A stretch of 33,711 nucleotides of DNA from an uncultured bacterium (GTDB taxonomy: Bacteria > Cyanobacteriota > Cyanobacteriia > Cyanobacteriales > CAWCAG01), in assembly GCA_964633315.1 (NCBI GenBank), contig CAZWGS010000051.1:1-33711 (forward strand), written 5' to 3'. How positions within the stretch are numbered: the stretch's first letter is position 1; every line of letters starts with the position of its first letter. The position numbers and the translations under genes are program-made. Of this stretch, positions 1 through 9,233 are shown one piece after another. Below the pieces are notes generated by a model. That model saw only the letters and a program-made list of their open reading frames with translations, was not told the origin of the DNA and did no database searches.

Positions 1-255
1 TTAATTAATCTACAATCTTCACCACCCACATTATTAAGTAATAAGTAATAAGTAAACTTTGAGAGTATTTTTACTGTAACTAAGTAGGTAAAAAAATATT
101 TTTATACATTTTTTTTATTTTTTAATGGCTGTACTACAGAGCAATAAAAAATACACAATTAATTCTGTCTAGGTACTGAATCGAGAGCAATTGGCTATGG
201 TGTGACAAATAATTATTTTAAGACTTGCGATCTACTGTTTTATAAGGATATAAGC

Positions 256-366
256 TTTATAGCACTACGCATATAGGTTAGGACAGAATGCATCGGTTAA
301 AAGTGAACAAGAAAAAGTAAACTGGGAACAAGTAAATGTCTTAACTTAACCCCGTAGTGCTATAAA
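256..366. repeat. Small dispersed hairpin-forming repeat, copy A0 (MITE-like)
   Basis: A perfect 14-nt inverted repeat, TTTATAGCACTACG (256-269) and CGTAGTGCTATAAA (353-366), encloses ~83 nt. The enclosed stretch carries TAGGACAGA (279-287). TAGGACAGA recurs at 2853-2861 and 32093-32101, and GCGTAGTGCTAT recurs at 32166-32177. Confidence 0.55.
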
Positions 367-563
367 CTTGCTAAAAAATTTAAAATGTTTGTGGTGACAA
401 ATTTTTTACTTAATTAGCAAGAGTTTCAAGATTTTAACGAGATAATTGATTCTGCCAGCTCCAAAAGAGCCGTTGTCTTAGCAATTATTGATTCATCTTA
501 TTCCAATTTTTATTTACTAGATAGTAAAAAACAGAGAATTTCAATAACTAAATAATTAATCAA

Positions 564-914
564 CTACCATCCTTTAGCTGCTTGTTCTAAAACATAAGCA
601 GCTACAGCAGAAATTTCCTCTGTTGTTAAGCGATCCTCGTAAGCTGGCATATTATTTTTGCCGTTAGTAATTAACGTAATTATTGCGGCTTGAGAATTCA
701 TTTTATTACGACGTAATGCTCTTTGCTTAAGATTTTTACCACGCCTGATGATATTACCACCGTTGGCATGACAGCCAGCGCAATTAGCTTGAAAAATCTT
801 GGCACTATTCACTGTTTCCGAGGCAATAATAGGCGTACAAATTAAATTAATCGCGATTAAAAATAAGCCTATAAATACTAGTGTTTTTTTACTAATTCTG
901 ATAACTTGTTCCAT
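564..914 (-). CDS. Cytochrome c6 family protein (c6-like, secreted mono-heme c-type cytochrome)
   Basis: The protein has a CAGCH heme-binding motif. Its C-terminal NGKNNMPAY...VAAYVLEQAAKGW is typical of cytochrome c6. The track ORF is 564..998; I trimmed the start to Met29 (914), which precedes a signal-peptide-like hydrophobic segment (LVFIGLFLIAINLICTPIIA). The basic stretch RRGKNLKQRALRR suggests a c6-like paralogue rather than canonical PetJ. Confidence 0.8.
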   Translation of the reverse strand: MEQVIRISKKTLVFIGLFLIAINLICTPIIASETVNSAKIFQANCAGCHANGGNIIRRGKNLKQRALRRNKMNSQAAIITLITNGKNNMPAYEDRLTTEEISAVAAYVLEQAAKGW

Positions 915-1120
915 ACTAAATTCTTTTTTGATTAAGTTCCTAAGCGCTTCAGCTCTTTTTTTTGTGACTTTAAGGGAAAAATAAGGAACTAATGGCAAAC
1001 TAAATAACCTTAGGCTATTGTAACTCCTCCAACAGATGTTGCTGTAAAAGTTTTGAGCGATAGTTTACCTGGTGACGATGGAGCACTCAAAGAGACAAAA
1101 AACTACTTGCTAGCGATCAC

Positions 1121-2704
1121 ATGAATCAAAAAAATAATGCGACAAATCACCAAACTAGTGGATTTTGGTTGTTCATCATCATTGTTTTAGTCTTGGGTGT
1201 CTGGTTTCGCTTCGTTAATCTTGACCGTAAAGTATACTGGCACGATGAGGCATTTACTTCACTGCGAATTTCTGGCTACACCACCACAGAAGTACACCAA
1301 CAACTTTTTAATGGTCAGGTAATTGGTATTTCTGACTTACAAAAATATCAAATCCTCAACACAGAAAAAAGCTTAGTAGATGCGGTTACATCCTTAGCAA
1401 TTGATGACGCTCAACATCCACCACTCTATTACATTTTGGTGCGACTTTGGGTAAGGCTATTTGGTAATTCTATAGCAGCGATCAGAAGTTTATCAGTGTT
1501 GATTAGCTTACTAGTTTTTCCTTGTATCTATTGGCTATGCCGGGAATTATTTGAGTCACCTTTAGTCGGATGGATCGCCATGGCTCTGATTGCTGTTTCT
1601 CCTTTCCATGTTGCCTATGCTCAGGAAGCACGAGAATATAGTTTATGGACCGTAACTATTTTACTATCGAGTACGGCACTTTTGAGAGCTTTAAGAATTA
1701 ACCGCCTTAGTAGCTGGAGCATTTATACACTCACTTTAAGTTTGAGCTTATATACATTTCCTTTGTCTATATTTGTCGGTATTGGACATAGTGTTTATGT
1801 TATAGCAAGGGAGCGATTTAAATTAACTAAAACTACCAAAGCTTATCTACTAGCATCACTTATGGGGTTGCTATCTTTTGCCCCTTGGTTAGGAATCGCA
1901 ATCGCTACTTGGTCGCGCACAGGAGCAACTTGGACAGCGACACCAATGCCTTCACTAATATGGCTCAAAATGTGGGGTATGCATATTAACCGTGCTTTTA
2001 TTCTAAGCATAGAGTTATTTGGTTTTGATAACCCACTGACCTATTTAATCTTACTTTTCTTCTTGATTATAATAGGCTATTCGATTTATTTTATCTGCCA
2101 TCAAACAGCCCCAAAAACTTGGTTGTTTGTCTTGACATTCATGGTAACTCTTGCCTTAGCTTTAGCACTACCAGATTTGATTTTCGGAGGACAGCGATCA
2201 ATTTCTAGTCGATATCTAGTTCCTATGTATTTGGGAATTCAGCTATCTGTAGCGTATCTGTTGGCTAAAAGTTTCTCAACACGAAAATTTTGGCAACTAG
2301 TAATGGTTGTTCTAATTTCAGCGGGAGTTTTTTCTTGTACTGTTAGTTCTCAAGCCGAGACTTCTTGGAACAAAGTCGTTAGCTATTACAATCACAAAAT
2401 CGCTGCTATCGTTAATCAAACAAAAGCTCCACTTTTAATCAGTAACTCCTTTGGCATGAATTTCGGTAACATTCTCGCTCTCAGCCATATACTTGAGCCA
2501 AAAGTACGCTTTATTTTAGTTGATGGAAGTACGCAGCACGATTTTCTAAATATTCCGCAAATTCCTCCAGATTTTAGTGATGTATTTGTTTTAAATCCTT
2601 CTGAGAAATTTCTGCAGAAAATAAAGCGAGAGTATAACACTGAATTAGAGCTTGTTTTCCAAGACCATCATCTATGGCTTTGGGAATTAAAAAGATTGGA
2701 ATAA
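1121..2704 (+). CDS. GT-C fold glycosyltransferase, ArnT/PMT-like (GT39/83 family), polytopic membrane protein
   Basis: 527 aa with many hydrophobic helices. The first-loop motif DDAQHPPLYYILVRLW and the overall architecture resemble 4-amino-arabinose or dolichyl-phosphate-mannose type transferases. Confidence 0.7.
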   Translation: MNQKNNATNHQTSGFWLFIIIVLVLGVWFRFVNLDRKVYWHDEAFTSLRISGYTTTEVHQQLFNGQVIGISDLQKYQILNTEKSLVDAVTSLAIDDAQHPPLYYILVRLWVRLFGNSIAAIRSLSVLISLLVFPCIYWLCRELFESPLVGWIAMALIAVSPFHVAYAQEAREYSLWTVTILLSSTALLRALRINRLSSWSIYTLTLSLSLYTFPLSIFVGIGHSVYVIARERFKLTKTTKAYLLASLMGLLSFAPWLGIAIATWSRTGATWTATPMPSLIWLKMWGMHINRAFILSIELFGFDNPLTYLILLFFLIIIGYSIYFICHQTAPKTWLFVLTFMVTLALALALPDLIFGGQRSISSRYLVPMYLGIQLSVAYLLAKSFSTRKFWQLVMVVLISAGVFSCTVSSQAETSWNKVVSYYNHKIAAIVNQTKAPLLISNSFGMNFGNILALSHILEPKVRFILVDGSTQHDFLNIPQIPPDFSDVFVLNPSEKFLQKIKREYNTELELVFQDHHLWLWELKRLE

Positions 2705-2835
2705 AAATATCTTTAGTGCATAAATATTGAAGCTAAATCTAATTGTTATAATTTACATACATGAGGTATGTAAGTAATTTGTTACGTCCCTCTTCATCAC
2801 CGAAAGCGACGGGAAGCCCATTTTTTCAAAGAAAC

Positions 2836-2941
2836 CAACGGATGTTCATACGTAGGACAGATAATCGCCCAACCCTTTGTTATTTGTTGTTTGACAAACA
2901 ACTAACAACACGAAATCCCTCTTGCTTTAGCCGGGGGATGA
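2836..2941. repeat. Dispersed mosaic repeat, copy A1
   Basis: It shares ordered modules with 32059-32296: CAACGGATGTT, TAGGACAGATA, TCGCCCAAC..GTTATTT, ACAAACAAC, and ACACGAAAT followed by a hairpin with the loop TGCTTTAGCC. In this copy the hairpin is ATCCCTC (2915-2921) paired with GGGGGAT (2933-2939). The 61-aa ORF at 2761..2946 lies on this repeat and is not credible. Confidence 0.65.
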
Positions 2942-2942
2942 A

Positions 2943-3626
2943 TTAATGATTATTAAAATCTTGGCTATTACGAATTAAAGTTTCCGTCATAGTAGCTAAA
3001 TTTTGCAGTTTTGCCTCTAATTCATTTGCTTGCTGCTGATATTTTTGTTTTTTATACAATGCTTGACGAGCCAAATCTTCTCGATTTTGTTTCAGTGCTG
3101 CAACTGCAACTTTTTGCCAAGATTGCATCTCTTTTTGAGCGTTTTTATACTTTGGCTGCAAATCATCCCAAACAACTTTAATTTCTGCCAAAGCTTCATT
3201 AAGTAACATAGTAGTATTCTTTGGTGCTGTTCCCTGCAAGGCTTCTTTAATCGGTTCATACAAATTGTCTACTTGCAAGCGATTCAGTACCGGAATAAAA
3301 TCTTCTACCTGCAAACTACGACTCACACCAGTTTTACACCAGGTAGCAAAATGTTCGCAATTATTAAACAATAGATTATATTTCTGTTCTCCTAGGCGAG
3401 TAGTAGCACGATTAATTACCACATCAGGAATAAAACAAGCCTGATAATTGTACTGATAAATCTCTTGTCCGTGGCTAAAATCTAAAATTGGTGTACGTTC
3501 AATTGTTTCTGTTGTTTTACGGTAGTGAATTACACTACCATCGCCGCAATCAATACCATGATGTTTGTAGACACCCTCAAGATTTAAGAATTTACGAATG
3601 ACATAAATTTGATCGCCTCGTCCCAT
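2943..3626 (-). CDS. LRAT / NlpC-P60 (papain-like, H-box plus NCEHF) domain protein with a C-terminal PspA-like coiled coil
   Basis: The N-terminal half has GDQIYV...YKHHGID and the catalytic-Cys motif NNCEHFATWCKTG of the LRAT/HRASLS family. The C-terminal 90 aa is coiled coil (NREDLARQALYKKQKYQQQANELEAKLQNL) and resembles the PspA/IM30 helix. The track ORF begins at a TTG at 3662. The ATG at 3626 has a GAGG 5 nt upstream and is preferred; 3650 is an alternative. Confidence 0.7.
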   Translation of the reverse strand: MGRGDQIYVIRKFLNLEGVYKHHGIDCGDGSVIHYRKTTETIERTPILDFSHGQEIYQYNYQACFIPDVVINRATTRLGEQKYNLLFNNCEHFATWCKTGVSRSLQVEDFIPVLNRLQVDNLYEPIKEALQGTAPKNTTMLLNEALAEIKVVWDDLQPKYKNAQKEMQSWQKVAVAALKQNREDLARQALYKKQKYQQQANELEAKLQNLATMTETLIRNSQDFNNH

Positions 3627-3738
3627 AAATACCTCAATTTTTCCTCCCATTGTCTGCCACAATAATTACTGTTCTGGCTAATCTCAAGTAAGTTTAGAAC
3701 CTATTTCACCTCTAATTTAGAAACCAAAACGGGGCTTT

Positions 3739-4278
3739 ATGAAGATTGTGGATTCCAAAGGTAGACTATTTGGCAAAATCAACATTTTTGATTTAGGCGC
3801 AGCATTGGTAATTTTGTTAGTTATTATCGGTATCTTAGTAGTACCAGGTACCTCCGGTTCCTCCGTGGTATCTTCCATCGCCCAAACTGCCCAAGCCAAA
3901 CCAATTGAAATTGATGTGTTAGTGCGAGGATTAAGTGTTGCCCAACCTGATAATCTCTTTCAAGGCTTTGAGCAAAACAAATCCACCAACATTATCATCC
4001 GTAACCAACCCTACGGTGAAGTGGGCATTTTGAAACACAAGCGATTACCTCGTACAGTGGTTGCTTCCCAACCAGATGGTAGTGTTAAAGCCTTTCCCGA
4101 CCCTAGACCAGAAGCGCAGTATAGTGTCGATATGCTACTAACTCTCGGTGGTAAAGGTCAAGTAAAAGGCGGTGATGCAGTACTTGGGAACTACAAAGTA
4201 AAAATTGGTACACCCATTGAATTAGACGGTATTAACTATAACTTTAAAGGCAGTGTAGTTGAGGTGCGAGTTAATTAG
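3739..4278 (+). CDS. Conserved cyanobacterial membrane-anchored protein (DUF4330-like)
   Basis: The N-terminus MKIVDSKGRLFGKINIFDLGAALVILLVIIGILVVPG (a single TM anchor followed by a soluble domain) matches my recollection of the DUF4330 family. The family assignment is from memory only. Confidence 0.6.
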   Translation: MKIVDSKGRLFGKINIFDLGAALVILLVIIGILVVPGTSGSSVVSSIAQTAQAKPIEIDVLVRGLSVAQPDNLFQGFEQNKSTNIIIRNQPYGEVGILKHKRLPRTVVASQPDGSVKAFPDPRPEAQYSVDMLLTLGGKGQVKGGDAVLGNYKVKIGTPIELDGINYNFKGSVVEVRVN

Positions 4279-4334
4279 CAACAAGTAGTGCTGACGAGAT
4301 TCGGAGTATTTATTGTACTTTTGGTAAAATTTGC

Positions 4335-4362
4335 TACAGATTGTGAAATCTGTAACTTTTGC
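4335..4362 (+). terminator. Possible intrinsic terminator downstream of the DUF4330-like gene
   Basis: An 8-bp stem, TACAGATT (4335-4342) and AATCTGTA (4347-4354), carries a GTGA loop and is followed by ACTTTTGC. An outer pairing TTTTGGTA (4319-4326) with TACCAAAA (4363-4370) is also possible. The stem is AT-rich and therefore weak. Confidence 0.35.
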
Positions 4363-4430
4363 TACCAAAAAAACTTATATCCTAGAAGCGAAGACATAAA
4401 AGATCTCTTGAATCGGGAGTTAATCAAATT

Positions 4431-4625
4431 ATGAACACTCACGAACACGTCAGCCTCGCCAGAACCGACTACCTACATTCACATAAAACCTTAACTGTTC
4501 TCATCGTAGTTTTAGCTTCTTTCACTATTGGTTTAATTCCTGTAATCGCAGGGTCCAATTCTCAGCAAACTCCAAATGCAATTCCCACAGAAGCAGGATT
4601 ATGGAATAGTCTGGGTGAAAAATAA
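4431..4625 (+). CDS. Small hypothetical membrane protein (64 aa)
   Basis: It contains one clear TM helix (LTVLIVVLASFTIGLIPVIAG), and a GGAG lies ~13 nt upstream of the ATG. I recognise no family. Confidence 0.35.
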   Translation: MNTHEHVSLARTDYLHSHKTLTVLIVVLASFTIGLIPVIAGSNSQQTPNAIPTEAGLWNSLGEK

Positions 4626-4692
4626 AACAATTTAGCTGGGATGAAAGTCAGGCAGACACATCATCTTTCATCCCCAGTAGCTAACAGCCAGA

Positions 4693-5343
4693 TTATTCCT
4701 CTTCCAAGAGCAAAACTTCCTTCTCCTCCTCCGATGCAGCTAGCCAAGATTGCATCGCTGGAAGCTCCCAAATCGCTTCTGCGTAAGCCTTTTCCACTGC
4801 ATCTAAGGCAACACCATAGGTAACAAAGCGCGACACCACAGGGGCAAACATCGCATCAGCTAAGCTAAATTGACCAAAGAGAAAATCTCCCTGTGAGGCA
4901 AATTGTTGGCGGAAATTACGCCAAATTGAAGTCACACGGTCAATATCAGCCTGTAAATTGGCATCTATAACCTGTTTTGCTCTCCTAGCGCGGCAATCCA
5001 TCGGCATCTTTTCCCTAAGAGCAAAAAAGCCAGCGTGCATTTCACCGCTAACAGCACGCACCAACGCCCTAGCCATCTTATCTTGGGGCAGCAACTGCGG
5101 TGCAAAATTTTCTGTAATGTACTCGCAAATCGCCAAAGACTCCCAAATTATCAACTCGCCATCTTGCAAAGCAGGTACTTTTCCCGATGGTGAGTAGCGC
5201 AATATTTGCTGGTGTGTTTCAGGTGTATCCAAAGGAATACGAATTTCCGTAAACTCCAATCCTGCTTGCTTCATCGCTAGCCAAGGACGCAACGACCAGG
5301 AAGAATAGTTTTTATTGCCAATAATCAGAGTTAGTTGAGCCAT
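4693..5343 (-). CDS. Glutathione S-transferase family protein
   Basis: The N-terminal thioredoxin-like GST fold is recognisable (LIIGNKNYSSWSLRPWLAMKQAGLEF...GKVPAL...LIIWESLAICEYI), followed by an alpha-helical C-terminal domain. It resembles the YfcF-type GSTs. Confidence 0.8.
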   Translation of the reverse strand: MAQLTLIIGNKNYSSWSLRPWLAMKQAGLEFTEIRIPLDTPETHQQILRYSPSGKVPALQDGELIIWESLAICEYITENFAPQLLPQDKMARALVRAVSGEMHAGFFALREKMPMDCRARRAKQVIDANLQADIDRVTSIWRNFRQQFASQGDFLFGQFSLADAMFAPVVSRFVTYGVALDAVEKAYAEAIWELPAMQSWLAASEEEKEVLLLEEE

Positions 5344-5390
5344 GATGCTGATACATTGATAGTTGCTCCTTGATAATGACTCATTAACCC

Positions 5391-6041
5391 ATGATTACCG
5401 TTGCTTTACCCAAAGGTGGCTTACTAAATGACAGCATCAACCTCTTTAAAAGTGTAGGCTTAGATTTTTCCGCTTTTTTAGATAAAAGTAATCGCCAACT
5501 GCAAATTTTTGACCCTACCAAAAGCGCCCAAGCCCTACTAGTACGAGCCCAGGATGTCCCTGTGTATGTAGAATATGGTCAGGCTCAACTAGGCATTTCA
5601 GGCTATGATGTCCTGCAGGAAAAACAGCCCCAAGTTGCCCAATTAGCAGACCTAAAATTCGGTGGTTGTAGAATGTCTGTAGCAGTCCCAGCAACTAGTC
5701 CCTACAAACACTCACGGGAACTACAACCTCACGGTAGAGTAGCATCCAAGTATGTACGCTGCGCCCAGGAACACTTCCGCCAGTTAGACTTACCAGTAGA
5801 AATTATCCCTCTCTATGGTTCCGTGGAATTAGGTCCCATTACAGGAATGTCGGAAGCAATTGTGGATTTAGTTTCCACAGGACGCACTCTCAAGGAAAAT
5901 GGTTTAGTAGAAATTGAAGTTTTATTTGAGAGTACAGCCAGATTAATCGCTCATCCCCTCAGCTATCGCCTCAATCAAGATAACCTTGATCAATTAGTAA
6001 AACAACTGCGTGAAACTAGTTCTAGCCTATCTCCTGCTTAG
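5391..6041 (+). CDS. hisG: ATP phosphoribosyltransferase, short form
   Basis: [15 protein letters not shown]...[27 protein letters not shown]...[14 protein letters not shown] are hallmark HisG motifs. The 216-aa length fits the HisZ-dependent short form. Confidence 0.9.
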   Translation: MITVALPKGGLLNDSINLFKSVGLDFSAFLDKSNRQLQIFDPTKSAQALLVRAQDVPVYVEYGQAQLGISGYDVLQEKQPQVAQLADLKFGGCRMSVAVPATSPYKHSRELQPHGRVASKYVRCAQEHFRQLDLPVEIIPLYGSVELGPITGMSEAIVDLVSTGRTLKENGLVEIEVLFESTARLIAHPLSYRLNQDNLDQLVKQLRETSSSLSPA

Positions 6042-6164
6042 ACTCAGCACAAAAAAAGAAAATGCGGGCATTGCGCTTTTAGCGATGGGAGTGTCAAACC
6101 GATGTGTCGACTACCATAGATACAGACTATTGATTAAATCGGTAATTAAGAAACTAGCTTAAAG

Positions 6165-7553
6165 ATGGGAAATCAAAGGATTGCAGACATATTGCGAGAC
6201 AGCCAGCCAGAAGAATCATTAACAGTTCAAGGCTGGGTACGCACCAAACGGGAATTGAAAGAATTTGCCTTCATCGAAGTCAACGATGGTTCCTCAATGG
6301 CAAATTTGCAAGTCATACTCAATCCAGATTTACCAGATTACGAAGACCTACTCAAGCAAATTAACACTGGTGCTTCAGTAGAAGTGGAAGGAAAAATAGT
6401 ACTCTCTCCCGCGAAAGGACAGCGCATCGAGATGCAAGCCTCCTCCCTCAAGGTATGCGGTGAATCTGACCCTGAAACCTATCCTTTGCAGAAAAAGCGC
6501 CACTCATTTGAATTTTTGCGCACCATTGGACATTTGCGCTCGCGAACTAATACCCTAGGTGCAGTATTCCGTATCCGCAACGCTTGTTCCACTGCAATTC
6601 ACCAGTTTTTCCAACAGCAAGGTTTCTTGTGGGTACATACACCAATTATCAGCGCCAATGACTGCGAAGGTGCGGGAGAACTATTTACTGTAACCAACCT
6701 CAACCTGGATAAACTCGCCAAAAATGGCCAAGAAGTTGACTACAGCCAAGATTTTTTTGGTCGTCAAGCTTACCTTACTGTAAGTGGACAACTACAGGTG
6801 GAAGCAATGGCGCTGGCGTTCAAAGATGTTTACACTTTTGGTCCCACTTTCCGCGCCGAAAACTCCAACACTTCGCGCCATTTAGCTGAATTTTGGATGG
6901 TAGAACCAGAGATGGCGTTTTGCGATTTGGTGGGTGAGATGGACTTAGCAGAGGATTTCTTAAAGTATATCTTCCGCTACGTGTTAGAACATTGTCCTGA
7001 AGATATGGAATTTTTCAATAAGCGGATAGATAAAACAGTTTTGGCAAGGGCAGATAATATTATCAATAATGAGTTTGAGCGTATCACCTACACTGAAGCA
7101 ATTAAACTATTAGAGCAAGCCGAACGCAAATTTGAATTTCCGGTAGCTTGGGGTACAGATTTACAATCAGAACACGAGCGTTATTTAGCCGAGGATGTAT
7201 TTAAAAAGCCCGTAATAGTTAGAGACTATCCTGTAGGTATTAAGGCTTTCTATATGCGCCTCAATGACGACGAGAAAACCGTTGCAGCGATGGATGTCCT
7301 TGCACCAAACATTGGTGAAATCATCGGTGGTTCCCAAAGGGAAGAGCGCTTTGATATTCTAGAGAGAAGGATTAAAGAGCAGGGAATGTCTCCTGAAGAT
7401 TTGTGGTGGTATCTCGAATTACGGCGTTACGGAACCGCCCCCCACGCAGGTTTTGGTTTAGGTTTTGAAAGGGTAGTGCAGTTTATGACAGGAATGGAAA
7501 ATATCCGTGATGTGATTCCCTTCCCGCGTACGCCTTTGAATGCTAACTTTTGA
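6165..7553 (+). CDS. asnS: Asparagine--tRNA ligase
   Basis: A class IIb aaRS. It has an N-terminal OB fold ([23 protein letters not shown]), motif 2 [24 protein letters not shown], and motif 3 [12 protein letters not shown]. Confidence 0.95.
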   Translation: MGNQRIADILRDSQPEESLTVQGWVRTKRELKEFAFIEVNDGSSMANLQVILNPDLPDYEDLLKQINTGASVEVEGKIVLSPAKGQRIEMQASSLKVCGESDPETYPLQKKRHSFEFLRTIGHLRSRTNTLGAVFRIRNACSTAIHQFFQQQGFLWVHTPIISANDCEGAGELFTVTNLNLDKLAKNGQEVDYSQDFFGRQAYLTVSGQLQVEAMALAFKDVYTFGPTFRAENSNTSRHLAEFWMVEPEMAFCDLVGEMDLAEDFLKYIFRYVLEHCPEDMEFFNKRIDKTVLARADNIINNEFERITYTEAIKLLEQAERKFEFPVAWGTDLQSEHERYLAEDVFKKPVIVRDYPVGIKAFYMRLNDDEKTVAAMDVLAPNIGEIIGGSQREERFDILERRIKEQGMSPEDLWWYLELRRYGTAPHAGFGLGFERVVQFMTGMENIRDVIPFPRTPLNANF

Positions 7554-7640
7554 TTCTTTTTAGTATCGGGTAGTATTAATGGTAGGTTAATTTCAAATAT
7601 CTGCAGGAGCTGAGTTAATAATTTACTCTCATACCCAATC

Positions 7641-7774
7641 TGCTTGTTAAAGACTATTTGATTGTTGCAGATTATCAAAAACTTTCATTGGTAGATGTAG
7701 AAAATTTGGTTGATTTTCCATCATCTACCATCAGGTAGTTTGTGTTACTCACACTCTGCCTTTTTTTTTGAGAC
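7641..7774 (+). repeat. Left copy of a ~130-nt element that bounds the sbn cassette (sense on + strand)
   Basis: The reverse complement of 7641-7774 aligns by eye with 12842-12966. The core is near-identical: AGGTAGTTTGTGTTACTCACACTCTGCC plus T9 here, versus AGGTAGTTTGTGTTGCTCACACTCTGCC plus T8 on the minus strand at the right copy. The outer ~90 nt is roughly three-quarters identical (TAGATGAT, TCAA.CAAATT, CTAC.AATGAAA, TGCAACAAT, AACAAG). This copy also holds the hairpin GGTAGATG (7690-7697) paired with CATCTACC (7722-7729). Confidence 0.75.
7734..7769 (+). terminator. Intrinsic terminator inside the left element (downstream of asnS, facing into the cassette)
   Basis: The hairpin spans 7734-7760: GGTAG/CTGCC (one G.U pair), a 2x2 internal loop, TGTG/CACA, and a 5-nt loop TTACT. 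It is followed directly by T9 (7761-7769). Confidence 0.55.
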
Positions 7775-8237
7775 TTCTTCTAACCATTTGATTTTGTCTG
7801 AACTCCAGTAATACCAAATCAGGTTGTGATAGTAGCTTTTTCACTTGTAGGGAGATGGGGGGGAGGGTTTGATATTTTACGTATAAGGCTACTCACACAA
7901 GCAGGATTTAGTATCAAAAATGTGCTGGGAAGTTGAAAGAAGAATCATCTTTCTCGTGTTTAGAGTTGCTGATAAAATAGCTCAAGCATATCCAAAGCAG
8001 ATAAAGTTATGGTAAAAATAATTGGAGGAATTTTTAGCTAGGAGGATAAATTTATTAACTAACTAGCTCTAAAAGTTGGTTTTCTGGTGGTCAATTCCAT
8101 GAAAAATTAGTCAAGCCTCCATCAACTGACGTGTCCAACAGCACTCAGATGGTGAAATGGTTCTCTCTCAATACCTAAGCCATCTACCACACAATAATTA
8201 CTCAAACAACAAATAAGCTGAAATAAGGACACAAAAC

Positions 8238-9194
8238 TTGAAGATTATGTCATTCTTTTTGCCCACTGAACCAAACTTTGTTCGCTACAGAGGATTTTTT
8301 ATGGCACTAGTAGGACCTCTTTTATGGGGTCTTTCTGGAACTGTTGCTCAAGATTTATTTGAAAACGAAGGGTTTAGTTCCGGTTGGTTAGTAACCATGC
8401 GCCTACTTGTATCTGGCATCCTTCTATTGTTAATCAGAAATTTCCGAAAAAATCCCCAAGAAATTTGGTCTGCTTGGAAATCTGTAGGTATTACTAAATT
8501 ATTAATTTTTGGTATTTTGGGTATGCTAGGAGTTCAGTATACTTACTTTGCTGCAATTCAAACTGGTAACGCCGCTACTGCTGCTTTATTGCAATACATG
8601 GCACCTCTTTTTATCATCATATATTTAGCAGCAAGATATAAAAAAGTCCCAAAAATTCAAGAATTTCTGGTGATGCTCTTAGCTCTTTTAGGTATATTAT
8701 TGCTTGTAACTAGTGGCTCGACTCATGAGCTTTATGTTCCTATAATTGCGGTAGTTTGGGGATTAATATCTGCCCTTGCCCTGGCATTTTATACAATGTA
8801 TTCATCGACCCTGTTAGAGGTTTTGGGGGCGGATATTATTATTGGTTGGGGCATGGTTATAGGGGGTATTGGACTTTCCGTAGTTTCTCCTCCCTGGAAC
8901 ATCCAAGGACAACATTGGTCTATTGTTTCGGCAATGTTTGTTGCTTTCATAGTTATATTTGGCACTTTAATTTCTTTCTATCTTTACATAGAAAGTCTTC
9001 GGTATATAACACCTACTGAAGCCAGCTTGTTGGGAAGTGCAGAACCTTTAGCCGCAACTATTTCATCTGTCATTTGGTTACACGTTGCCTTTAATACTTT
9101 TCAGGCAATTGGTGCTTTATTGGTTACCACTGCGGTAATTATGATTGCCCTATTAAAGTCCGATGACAAGGAAGAAGTGGAGTGCAGTAACTGA
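8238..9194 (+). CDS. DMT superfamily (EamA/RhaT-like) transporter, ~10 TM
   Basis: 318 aa consisting of two tandem EamA-like halves of hydrophobic helices (LWGLSGTVAQDLF..., LLQYMAPLFIIIYL..., SLLGSAEPLAATISSVIWL). The track start is a TTG at 8238; the ATG at 8247 is an alternative. Confidence 0.75.
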   Translation: MKIMSFFLPTEPNFVRYRGFFMALVGPLLWGLSGTVAQDLFENEGFSSGWLVTMRLLVSGILLLLIRNFRKNPQEIWSAWKSVGITKLLIFGILGMLGVQYTYFAAIQTGNAATAALLQYMAPLFIIIYLAARYKKVPKIQEFLVMLLALLGILLLVTSGSTHELYVPIIAVVWGLISALALAFYTMYSSTLLEVLGADIIIGWGMVIGGIGLSVVSPPWNIQGQHWSIVSAMFVAFIVIFGTLISFYLYIESLRYITPTEASLLGSAEPLAATISSVIWLHVAFNTFQAIGALLVTTAVIMIALLKSDDKEEVECSN

Positions 9195-9233
9195 GATTAA
9201 ATTTTCTAGATCTAAAAAATCAAAAAATCTGAA

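Noticed and set aside
799-984. Track ORFs lying antisense to, or nested inside, well-supported genes: 799-984, 2416-2640, 3717-3899, 4641-4823, 4958-5197, 8756-9019, 9582-9920, 9613-9798, 15196-15444, 17521-17721, 18039-18281, 18676-19017, 20253-20510, 20672-20905, 21770-21982, 24463-24675, 25358-25549, 27330-27881, 28230-28412, 28506-28736, 28654-29025, 28679-28930, 33270-33485
   Set aside because: Each overlaps a longer ORF that carries clear family motifs. Their translations are low-complexity or lack any recognisable motif. They are typical shadow ORFs.
564-998. Longer N-terminal extensions offered by the ORF track for cytochrome c6-like (998), Hsp20 (31848), the LRAT-like protein (3662) and possibly the GAF kinase (16374)
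   Set aside because: Internal Met codons give family-typical N-termini. Where checked, they also have better SD sequences: AGGAGA before 31800 and GAGG before 3626. The extensions add non-conserved residues.
2761-2946. 61-aa ORF at 2761-2946 and 62-aa ORF at 32143-32331
   Set aside because: Both sit entirely on copies of the dispersed mosaic repeat (A1 and A2). Their similarity is explained at the DNA level, including a frame-breaking indel and the 80-nt insertion, so they are not coding.
6042-6164. Possible terminator or leader structure between hisG and asnS (AATGC-GG-GCATT near 6061-6072)
   Set aside because: The 5-bp stem would have a 2-nt loop, which is sterically implausible. No T-box or riboswitch-like conserved core was recognised.
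7427-7678. 83-aa minus-strand ORF overlapping the asnS 3' end, and the 64-aa TTG-start ORF at 12942-13136
   Set aside because: Both begin inside the boundary repeat copies. The first mostly overlaps asnS antisense. The second has a TTG start, no SD and no recognisable family. It is kept only as a very weak possibility.
7735-7748. Perfect NtcA-type consensus GTA-N8-TAC (GTAGTTTGTGTTAC) in the left boundary element; the right copy reads GTA-N8-TGC
   Set aside because: By my rough estimate about 8 such matches are expected by chance in a window this size. No properly spaced TAN3T -10 box follows on either strand. The site is also part of the predicted terminator stem.
7746-7898. TACTCACAC at 7746-7754 and again at 7890-7898, reminiscent of the cyanobacterial Yfr1 sRNA motif ACUCCUCACAC
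   Set aside because: The motif is incomplete because it lacks the CU. In the first copy it is largely base-paired in the terminator hairpin, whereas Yfr1 presents it single-stranded between two stem-loops. The resemblance is probably coincidental.
7775-8237. Guanidine (ykkC-type) or other riboswitch upstream of the EamA-type transporter
   Set aside because: I looked because such transporters often carry riboswitches. None of the conserved cores I remember (ykkC, glutamine, fluoride, THF) are visible. Only an Infernal/Rfam scan could settle it.
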